Of a stretch of DNA of 25,399 nt, positions 18,740 through 25,399 are shown piece by piece (positions within the stretch are counted from its first letter, which is position 1; each line of letters begins with the position of its first letter). Position numbers and translations under genes: made by a program. A model generated the notes under the pieces. The model did no database searches, was not told where the DNA came from, and saw only the letters and a list, made by a program, of their open reading frames with translations. The stretch comes from an uncultured bacterium (GTDB lineage Bacteria; Hydrogenedentota; Hydrogenedentia; Hydrogenedentales; JAEUWI01). The stretch is from contig CAXBPH010000083.1 of assembly GCA_963977445.1 (NCBI GenBank), positions 1-25,399 on the forward strand, read 5' to 3'.

Positions 18740-18842
18740 TTCTAAACACTCCCATTTTAAGCCAGTTACCATTGACTACTATAACTACTCCCACCGTAGC
18801 AAGTACCAAATGGCCCTTACTCCGAATGAAACGCCACCACCT

Positions 18843-18925
18843 GGGAAACGCCGAGTCACCCTCGGGGAGACGGCCCCGACTGTCTTCGCGCCCTTGGGTG
18901 GGAATAGGATACCCCTTGACCACGA
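18843..18925 (+). repeat. Right half of the dispersed palindromic element (intact copy at 22181-22371)
   Basis: GGGAAACGCCGAGTCACCCTCGGGGAGACGGCCCCGACTGTCTT...GCCCTTGGGTGGGAA...ACCCCTTGACCACGA aligns without gaps to 22289-22371. Confidence 0.85.
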
Positions 18926-19030
18926 AGACGTTGGTGTAATTCAACGTGTCCGTGTCGGGCCACCGGAGTCCCGACGAAGTACGGGTCAAACGGCGTTATC
19001 ATTGGTCGCCTTGACCCCGGGAACTACGGT

Positions 19031-19065
19031 AAAAAAAACGGACCGGCGGTCGATGCCGCCGGTCC
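19031..19065 (-). terminator. Rho-independent terminator
   Basis: 10-bp stem GGACCGGCGG/CCGCCGGTCC followed on the minus strand by G and T8, about 25 nt past the stop at 19090. Confidence 0.85.
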
Positions 19066-19089
19066 CACGCCATAGCTTTTGACACAAGC

Positions 19090-19980
19090 CTACTTCAGTT
19101 TATGATTCTTGAGATACTCTTTCATTTCTGTCGCGAAGGGATAACTCTCCTTCACCAAGCGGGCGAAACCCTTCAGGAAGTCCAGTACATTTTTTTCGGA
19201 GGTATCGTCCGCTATTTTGCGTCGCGGCCCGTTGCCATAGGCATCCACCGCCCCTTTGTACGCATCAATCCCCTTAAGTATCACCTTCAGATCAGGCGGA
19301 CACTTGGAATCCTTACTGAGTTTGATCAGGTTTCCAAGCTGCTGGGTGTAATTGCGCCCGCCGGCTTCCATTTCCTTGTTGTAGGTCGCCGGAGTGGGGT
19401 CCGACTTAATATTCTGCACGGTAACCTTGGCCTTGGCGTAAGCGGTTACAACAGCCGTGGGAAACTGGCTGAGGGATTTCAACTGCTTGGCGTAGTCCAC
19501 TTCCTTTTTTACATCATCGTCTGACAGCCCCTTTTTTTGGGCCGCTTTCGTTTCCTTTTCGACTCGAGCGTCCGCTTTCGCCGTGGCTTTTGTACTCTCC
19601 TTGCTATACGTAGTCATATGGTGCACGATTTGGGCCGTAATCAAATCCAGGTGGGCAGCGAGCTTCTTCAGCGCCCGGTAGGCGTCTTTTTCGGTCTTGG
19701 CCGTGACTTTAAGGGCGGCATCGATGAGCTTCTTATACTTTGCTGCCTCGGCTTCATAGCCCTTTACCTCTTTTTCAAGCACCTTGTGGATTGCGTCCCG
19801 TTCCTTGCCCGCGTTCTTTGAAAAGGGATCGTTCGCGTCAACTTTCTTCAACGCCGCATCGACACCGAGGTTGCCTCGAACAACTGCGAGATGTTCGGGC
19901 AGTTTTTTGGCGCCCTTCCCCTGAAGTGGTATGCAGCATTTGTTATAGTCATCCATCCATAGCTTCATAAAGTTGGGCAT
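19090..19980 (-). CDS. Lys/Ala-rich, probably alpha-helical hypothetical protein (paralogue B, 296 aa)
   Basis: GAGGAG RBS. Aligns without gaps to 20590..21480. No signal peptide or TM segment. Confidence 0.85.
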   Translation of the reverse strand: MPNFMKLWMDDYNKCCIPLQGKGAKKLPEHLAVVRGNLGVDAALKKVDANDPFSKNAGKERDAIHKVLEKEVKGYEAEAAKYKKLIDAALKVTAKTEKDAYRALKKLAAHLDLITAQIVHHMTTYSKESTKATAKADARVEKETKAAQKKGLSDDDVKKEVDYAKQLKSLSQFPTAVVTAYAKAKVTVQNIKSDPTPATYNKEMEAGGRNYTQQLGNLIKLSKDSKCPPDLKVILKGIDAYKGAVDAYGNGPRRKIADDTSEKNVLDFLKGFARLVKESYPFATEMKEYLKNHKLK

Positions 19981-20261
19981 AGTCTCGTACTCCTCAATAA
20001 ATCCGTTGGACTCAACTTGGAACTCCGTCGCCTATCCATAGGTATCCGGCTTGTCGTCGTGATGAAGCAGTCATGTTGGAACTGTGTCTGTTTCCAATCC
20101 TTTCCAGCGGGCCGTCCGCCCGGTTTTACTCGGGTCGAGATGGCGGCGGGTTTGCCAAGGTGTTCCGCCAGACATACCAGAGACATTGTATGGCGGGCAC
20201 AAGAATACCCGGCAACACAAGTCGCCGGGCAGTTATAGAGCATTTTGGGGAAGGATAGTTC

Positions 20262-20538
20262 TACTATGTGCTTCTTCAATCGGGCCTGCATTTTCTCCGC
20301 GTAGGGATAGGCCGCCTTCAAGAACTGAACGATTTTTTTTGGAGGCCAACACATCCTTCTCCGAGGTATCGAGGAAAATCGCCCGCTGGTTCCCGTTGCC
20401 GAAGGCACCCAACCCGGCTTTGTGACTATCGAGCCCCTTCAAAATCTTTTTCACCTTCGGAGAACACTTCGCATATTTACCCAGCTTAATCAAGTTGCTG
20501 AATTCTTGGCTGTAACGCCCCCCGCCCCTGTCCATCAC
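20262..20538 (-). pseudogene. 5'-truncated, frameshifted third copy of the Lys-rich protein (C-terminal third only)
   Basis: MDRGGGRYSQEFSNLIKLGKYAKCSPKVKKILKG...GNG...DTSEKDVL, then a frameshift at an A8 tract (20333-20340), then VQFLKAAYPYAEKMQARLKKH. Matches the paralogue C-termini. Confidence 0.85.
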
Positions 20539-20589
20539 TAAGGGGCAGGCCGATGAACACGTCCGCCAGCCTGCCCCGGTAGGATATTT

Positions 20590-21480
20590 CTACTTTATCT
20601 TGTTCTTCTTCAGGTAGGCCATCATATCTTCCGCATAGGGATAGGTCTCTTTGAGGAGCGTGGCGAAATTCTTCAAGTAGGTCATGACGTCTTTGTCCGA
20701 TGTATCATCGGGGATGCGCCGGCGGGCGCCATTGCCATAGAGGTCCAGCGCTGTCTTGTACTTTTCAATGCCCTTCAGAACGTCCTTCACCTTGGGGGGA
20801 CATTTCGAGTCCTTGCTGAGCTTGATCAGGTTGGAGACCTGCTGCGTGTAGTTGCGCCCGCCCGAGTTCATTTCCGTGTTGTACGTGGCCACGGTCGGAT
20901 CCGACTTGATCGACTGCACGGCGGATTTGGCCTTCGTGTAGGCCGCCTTCACAGCGGTTGGAAACTGAATCAGGGAGCGAAGCTGCTTGGCGTAGTCGGT
21001 CTCTTCATTGACCTCCTTGTCCGATTTGCCTGCTTTGTAGGCCGCATCCTTCTCCTTCTCGATCCGCTTACCCGCCTTTTCGTTCTCCTTATCCATCGCC
21101 TTGCTGTTGCTGACCCAATGGTGCTCGATCATGGCGTCCACATTGTCGAGATGGGCCCGAAGTTTCTTCAACGCGCGGTAGGCGTCCTTTTCATCTTTAC
21201 TGGTCTTCTTGACCGCAGCATCGATGAGCTTGCCATACTTTGCCGCCTCAGACTTGAAACTCTTCACCTCTTTCCCGAGTGCCTTGTGCATCGTCTCGCG
21301 CTCTTTCCCCGCTTTCAACGTCGAGGAGTCGTTCTTGTCGACCCCGATCAGGGCCTTGAGCAACGGGGCTGAACCTTTCGCCACTTCAATGGTCTCGGCC
21401 GTCCGGGGGCTTCCCTTACCCTGCAGGGGTTGGACGCACTTGTTAAACTCGTCGCCCCACTTCTTTGCAAAATCTGACAT
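20590..21480 (-). CDS. Lys/Ala-rich, probably alpha-helical hypothetical protein (paralogue A, 296 aa)
   Basis: Start placed at ATG 21480 (AGGAG RBS; aligns with the paralogue start MPNF/MSDF). Shared blocks PLQGKG, AGKER, KDAYRALKKL, DYAKQL, GGRNYTQQ, NLIKLSKDSKCPP, YGNG. Confidence 0.85.
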   Translation of the reverse strand: MSDFAKKWGDEFNKCVQPLQGKGSPRTAETIEVAKGSAPLLKALIGVDKNDSSTLKAGKERETMHKALGKEVKSFKSEAAKYGKLIDAAVKKTSKDEKDAYRALKKLRAHLDNVDAMIEHHWVSNSKAMDKENEKAGKRIEKEKDAAYKAGKSDKEVNEETDYAKQLRSLIQFPTAVKAAYTKAKSAVQSIKSDPTVATYNTEMNSGGRNYTQQVSNLIKLSKDSKCPPKVKDVLKGIEKYKTALDLYGNGARRRIPDDTSDKDVMTYLKNFATLLKETYPYAEDMMAYLKKNKIK

Positions 21481-21732
21481 CGGCGCATCTCTCCTTTTGA
21501 ATCCGTCGTTCTCTTTATCAAGTGGCGCTCTTAAAGTCGCCGAACAAATAGTACTTGCGAATACGAACAATTACAAATGCTTTTGTGTTTTTATTCGCAC
21601 GTGACGTCATAATACCATTCCCATAGCCCGTTGCTTCCATGTGGCTACTTTGATCTACTAGAATGACGGCAGATTGATGAATTGCAACGTATGACGAACA
21701 CACGCCCCTAACCCCCTAAGGCACGCCATTCT

Positions 21733-22149
21733 ATGAAATACCTCCTTTACGTCCCCATGCTGGCCATTCCCCTCGTTGCCTACAACATCCTCATGTTGAC
21801 CGGCGATTCCATCGCAAACAACCCCGACTTAATCCGCATCCCCCTCATGGCCAATAACGAAGCCATGCATCTGAAACTGGGCGACGTGCTCGTTATGCTG
21901 GGCATTATTTTTCTCTACTTTGAGATTCTCAAGGCCACCCGCGCTTCGCGATCCACCATCATCGACCACGCCCTCTCCCTGGTCGTCTTTATCATTTTCC
22001 TCGTTGAATACATCGTGGTCGCCGGTGCGGGCACGGCCACCTTCATGATTCTTTCCCTCATGTCCTTGTTGGACGTTATTGCAGGTTTCACCATCACCAT
22101 CTCGACGTCACGTCGTGACATCTCGTTCGGGGGGAATGGCGGTTTATAG
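21733..22149 (+). CDS. Conserved-type small membrane protein of unknown function (about 4 TM)
   Basis: 138 aa. Pattern PL..YN...GD......LYFEILKATR....IIDH.LS..VF...VE......T.TF.......DVIAGF......RRD resembles an uncharacterised family I recall mainly from Alphaproteobacteria. Confidence 0.8.
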   Translation: MKYLLYVPMLAIPLVAYNILMLTGDSIANNPDLIRIPLMANNEAMHLKLGDVLVMLGIIFLYFEILKATRASRSTIIDHALSLVVFIIFLVEYIVVAGAGTATFMILSLMSLLDVIAGFTITISTSRRDISFGGNGGL

Positions 22150-22180
22150 GGAACACTTGGTCACCCGGGGAACGCACCCC

Positions 22181-22371
22181 GGGGACTGCACCGACCAAGG
22201 GCTCCCCGGTGAACCCACGACCACGCCTTGGCCAAAAAGAAAACTACCAACACGAAGACACACGCATTAGTCGGGGCCGTCCCCCTGAGGGAAATGCCGA
22301 GTCACCCTCGGGGGGACGGCCCCGACTGTCTTTATGCCCTTGGGTGGGAAAAGGGCACCCCTTGACCACGA
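22181..22371. repeat. Intact copy of the dispersed palindromic (REPIN/MITE-like) element
   Basis: Central hairpin with 23-bp arms AGTCGGGGCCGTCCCCCTGAGGG (22269-22291) and CCCTCGGGGGGACGGCCCCGACT (22305-22327), 1 mismatch, 13-nt loop. Lies between convergent genes. Confidence 0.85.
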
Positions 22372-22407
22372 GGAAGGCGGTGCAATTCATCGTGGGCGAT
22401 GTCGGTG

Positions 22408-23010
22408 CTACCCCCGTTCGGTGGGCGCGTTATCTCCCGGGCTCGGCAGAGCTGTCTTGCGTCGTTCACCGCCCTCTTCTGCGAGCAACACCGACACGCT
22501 GGGGTAGGCGTAGATAACGGGCGCGTGGTGTTGCATGAGGCCCCCGGTGTCGGCGGTCGGACCGTAGGTGCTGTGGAGTGGACGGTTCAGCATTCGCAGC
22601 AAGGTGGTCTGTTGTCCGCGATGGTGGGCGGTGTGGGCAATGCGGCGGGTCATGATCCAGGCGCGACTGCGGTGTACCTCAAAAAAGTCCACCGACTCTT
22701 CCCACCACCCATCCGCCTTGGATTGTAGAGCCGTCAGCCTGAGGGCCGCGTTGTGCCCATAGGTGGCCATGAATTCCTGGCGGGTTTCCCGCACCGGAAG
22801 GGGATTGTCCGTCACCACGATGCCGAGCATGGTCGCGAACCACAAGTTTTCGCTGACGCTCTGATGGACCATATGCTCCAACAGATTGCGTCCACGGGGG
22901 TCCGTCGGGTGAGGCCGTATGGCCATGTCTTCGTCATCGAACATGGCCCAGACACTCAGTACTTTTTCAATTTCCGTGGCGTAAGTATCCACTAAGAAGG
23001 TGTAGTTCAC
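22408..23010 (-). CDS. DinB family protein
   Basis: EHMVHQ...ENLW and RRIAHTAHHRGQQTTLLRML...YGPT metal-binding His pattern. Start placed at GTG 23010 after GGGGGAG; the ORF track starts at 23067. Confidence 0.88.
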   Translation of the reverse strand: MNYTFLVDTYATEIEKVLSVWAMFDDEDMAIRPHPTDPRGRNLLEHMVHQSVSENLWFATMLGIVVTDNPLPVRETRQEFMATYGHNAALRLTALQSKADGWWEESVDFFEVHRSRAWIMTRRIAHTAHHRGQQTTLLRMLNRPLHSTYGPTADTGGLMQHHAPVIYAYPSVSVLLAEEGGERRKTALPSPGDNAPTERG

Positions 23011-23103
23011 CGAAGATTCTCCCCCTGCGCCGTGCGCATCGTTTGAAGAAATGGATGAAGGACACACGAAGCGGGATGGCCTCGTGTGCCCTTCGAAACG
23101 TCA

Positions 23104-23451
23104 CTATATGGCGACCGGTTTTTCCTGCGCAAGTAGGGCGTCGAGTTGACGCTCCAATTCCGCTTTGGAAACCAGTCCCGTTATCTTACCGATGGCGTTG
23201 CCGGCCTGAAATACCACCAGGGTAGGGATACTCTGGATGCCGAAGCGAACCGCGAGATCCGGGTTGTCATCAATGTCTACCTTGGCTACGGAGAGGCGGT
23301 CACTCCGCTCTTCCGCGAGGGTTTCGACCACCGGGGCCAGTGCTTTACAGGGACCACACCAGTCTGCATAAAAATCGACCAGTACCGGTGTCTCTGCGGT
23401 GTTGACGGTGATATCGAAACTTTGGCTCTCGAGTTTTTTGAGTGTTGACAT
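23104..23451 (-). CDS. trxA: Thioredoxin
   Basis: PVLVDFYADWCGPCK active site, cis-Pro motif IQSIPTL, AGGAG RBS. Confidence 0.95.
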   Translation of the reverse strand: MSTLKKLESQSFDITVNTAETPVLVDFYADWCGPCKALAPVVETLAEERSDRLSVAKVDIDDNPDLAVRFGIQSIPTLVVFQAGNAIGKITGLVSKAELERQLDALLAQEKPVAI

Positions 23452-23509
23452 AGCGTACTCCTTTCCGGGCTTCCGCCCGTTTTTTCAGGTATTGCTGCGT
23501 GGTAATAGA

Positions 23510-24061
23510 CTAAACTTCGGCGACGTCGAAGAGCTCCACCTTCGGAAAGTCCACTTCGGTCCCGGCCACATTATTCAGGTAATTCGTCAGGATATTGAGG
23601 GCCGCATTGGCAACCACTTCCACGATTTCGCCATCCGTGAGGCCAGCACTACGTGCCTGGGTGAGTTCCGACGCCGAAATGCGGCCGCGCTTTTCCACCA
23701 CGGCGGAGACCAACGCCAAAACAGCGGCATCTTTCGGATTCGCGGCGTCACCACGACGATTCCCGACAACCTCTTCATCACTAAGACCCGCTTTGCCGCC
23801 CAATAACGTATGGGCGGAAACGCAATACTGACACCGGTTCAACTCGCCGACCCGGAGCGAGATGCGCTCACGATTTTTCGCCGAAAGGACGCCACCGGCG
23901 AGGGTCTCGTTGGTATTCAGGTAACTTTGAAGGGAAACCGGAGAATTCGCCAGCACCTTCATGAGGTTGGGGGTCATTCCGAGCTTCTTTTGCACGCCGT
24001 CCAACAATTCCTTCGCTTTGCCGGTGGCTTCATCATTGTTAATCTGGTTGATTCTGGTCAT
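23510..24061 (-). CDS. AhpD/carboxymuconolactone decarboxylase family alkylhydroperoxidase-like protein
   Basis: RERISLRVGELNRCQYCVSAH (ExxxLxVxxxNxCxYCxxxH), GMTPNL, TNYLN, VDFP. Confidence 0.92.
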   Translation of the reverse strand: MTRINQINNDEATGKAKELLDGVQKKLGMTPNLMKVLANSPVSLQSYLNTNETLAGGVLSAKNRERISLRVGELNRCQYCVSAHTLLGGKAGLSDEEVVGNRRGDAANPKDAAVLALVSAVVEKRGRISASELTQARSAGLTDGEIVEVVANAALNILTNYLNNVAGTEVDFPKVELFDVAEV

Positions 24062-24130
24062 GGCACTTTCCTCTTTGTAATTGGGGTCATGGTTTTATTT
24101 ACAGACCGGCCAGGTGGCCGCCCTCACGAA

Positions 24131-25087
24131 CTAGTTCACATGTTCTTTCAGGAAATTTCGCATCAATTCGGCTATCACTTCGCCATCCTCTTCCAGGGCA
24201 AAATGGCCGGTATCGAGGAGATGGAATTCAATGGTTTTCAAATCCCGCTTGTAGGGGTGGGCGCCCGATTCGGGAAAAATCTCATCGTTTTTACCCCACA
24301 CAATCAGGGTGGGTGGTTGATAGGTCCGCAGGTAGTTCTGCCAAGCGGGGTATAGAGGCGGGTTGCTGCCGTAGGAGAGAAACATAGCCATCTGGATTGC
24401 CTCGTTGCCTTCGCGATCGAGCAAGGGCTGATCCACATTCCAGTTGTCGGGGCTGATAGCCTCCGGGTTCCGGGTGCCGTTGGTGTATTGCCAGATCGTG
24501 GCCTCGCGCTTGAGGATGGCTTTCACCGGTGCGGCCGTATCCTCGTCTGGATTGGCCCAGAACGCCTTCAACGGTTCCCAGAACGCCTCCAGCCCTTCGT
24601 CGTAGGCGTTGCCGTTTTGAATGATGAGGGCCTGAACCCGCTTTGGATGGGCTGTGGCCAGACGGAAACCGACGGGCGCGCCGTAGTCCATCATATACAG
24701 GCTGTAGCGCTCCAGGGACAGGGCGTTGGTGAATTTTTCGATCACCTGCGCCATGTTGTCGAAGCTGTAGTCGAAGCTGGTCACGGGCGGGGCATCGCTA
24801 TTCCCATAGCCGGGATAGTCTGGCGCGACGACATGGTAGCGGTCCGCCAACCGGGGAATGAGTTCCCGGAACATGTGGGACGACGTGGGAAAACCGTGTA
24901 GCAACAGAACCGTGGGTGAGGAGCGATCTCCCGCTTCCCGATAGAAAATATTCAGGCCGTCAATCGCCACGGTGCGGTGATAGACGGGGTGTGTGGGCCC
25001 CCCGTGGGCGGATGACGCACTCAGGGCGAAACCCGCCAGTAGCATCCCGGCCAATCCCCCACGCTGCAGTTGTTGTATGAAGCTCAT
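24131..25087 (-). CDS. Alpha/beta hydrolase (haloalkane dehalogenase/epoxide hydrolase-like) with N-terminal signal peptide
   Basis: [21 protein letters not shown], Asp nucleophile DYGAP, IIQNGN, WGKND, GHFALE. Confidence 0.92.
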   Translation of the reverse strand: MSFIQQLQRGGLAGMLLAGFALSASSAHGGPTHPVYHRTVAIDGLNIFYREAGDRSSPTVLLLHGFPTSSHMFRELIPRLADRYHVVAPDYPGYGNSDAPPVTSFDYSFDNMAQVIEKFTNALSLERYSLYMMDYGAPVGFRLATAHPKRVQALIIQNGNAYDEGLEAFWEPLKAFWANPDEDTAAPVKAILKREATIWQYTNGTRNPEAISPDNWNVDQPLLDREGNEAIQMAMFLSYGSNPPLYPAWQNYLRTYQPPTLIVWGKNDEIFPESGAHPYKRDLKTIEFHLLDTGHFALEEDGEVIAELMRNFLKEHVN

Positions 25088-25150
25088 CCCATTCTCCTTC
25101 TTCGAATCATCTGGACCTGTCCCGGTGAATCCGCGACGTTAGCTACTTAA

Positions 25151-25167
25151 GGCAGGAGTCATGCCAA
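25151..25167 (-). promoter_or_regulatory. Sigma54 (-24/-12) promoter of the hydrolase-AhpD-Trx-DinB operon
   Basis: Minus strand TTGGCAT-GACTC-CTGC; GG and GC are at the canonical spacing of TGGCAC-N5-TTGC. Confidence 0.75.
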
Positions 25168-25173
25168 CGACAA

Positions 25174-25287
25174 CGACATTTCGTATCCCATTTTATGCTC
25201 ATGACTTACAACAGAATTGTGCCGCGACTCCGACCTCCGACATTTCGTTTTTAACGATATTTCGTTGCAAGAAACCCGAAATTTCGT
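25174..25287. promoter_or_regulatory. Four copies of a CGAnATTTCGT near-palindrome; candidate enhancer (UAS) and autoregulatory sites
   Basis: CGACATTTCGT 25174-25184, CGACATTTCGT 25238-25248, CGATATTTCGT 25255-25265, CGAAATTTCGT 25277-25287. Confidence 0.7.
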
Positions 25288-25299
25288 TAAACTGACGGT

Positions 25300-25399
25300 A
25301 TGAACGTTGATGTGCTACAGAAAATCGTGTTGGATGCCACGGGTGAACATGACGTGGAGCGGGTACTCCAAACCATTGTCCAAGGCCTCGTGGATGGTG
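25300..25399 (+). CDS. 5' end (runs off the window) of a probable GAF-domain sigma54-dependent transcriptional activator
   Basis: Open frame MNVDVLQKIVLDATGEHDVERVLQTIVQGLVDG resembles the first helices of a GAF domain. It is divergent from a sigma54 promoter with repeated UAS-like sites. Only 33 codons are visible. Confidence 0.5.
   Translation, partial: MNVDVLQKIVLDATGEHDVERVLQTIVQGLVDG

Noticed and set aside
19965..20408. 147-aa ORF as an independent gene
   Set aside because: Only about 25 codons are meaningful (the frameshifted tail of the third Lys-rich copy); the rest is read-through of intergenic DNA.
21481..21570. 30-aa N-terminal extension of paralogue A in the ORF track
   Set aside because: The paralogue alignment and the AGGAG RBS both point to ATG 21480.

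Overview
Bacterial chromosomal window. A Gly-Glu (GEGEGEGE) linker in a surface protein suggests Candidatus Hydrogenedentota, but this is only an inference. Left part (1-11.9 kb): a NhaP-type cation/H+ antiporter; a disrupted Ig-like/SBBP surface-protein gene; a small element with terminal inverted repeats inserted in the loop of a REP-like palindrome; a TerC protein; a tRNA-Leu gene with the rare bacterial anticodon AAG; a DUF5610-like gene with a sigma28-like promoter; a YfhO-like membrane protein; lpdA; mtlD. Middle (about 11.9-22.4 kb): a repeat-rich variable region of orphan genes. It holds the two ends of an MmeI-like (type IIL) restriction-modification gene whose core is replaced by two paralogous exported HEAT-repeat proteins. 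That block lies between the two halves of a split palindromic element whose intact copy is at 22.2 kb. It also holds an array of Lys-rich 296-aa paralogues. Right part: an operon of alpha/beta hydrolase, AhpD, thioredoxin and DinB with a sigma54 promoter, divergent from the start of a probable GAF-type sigma54 activator. No CRISPR array, integrase or intact transposase was seen. Family assignments come from recognising motifs by eye, not from database searches.
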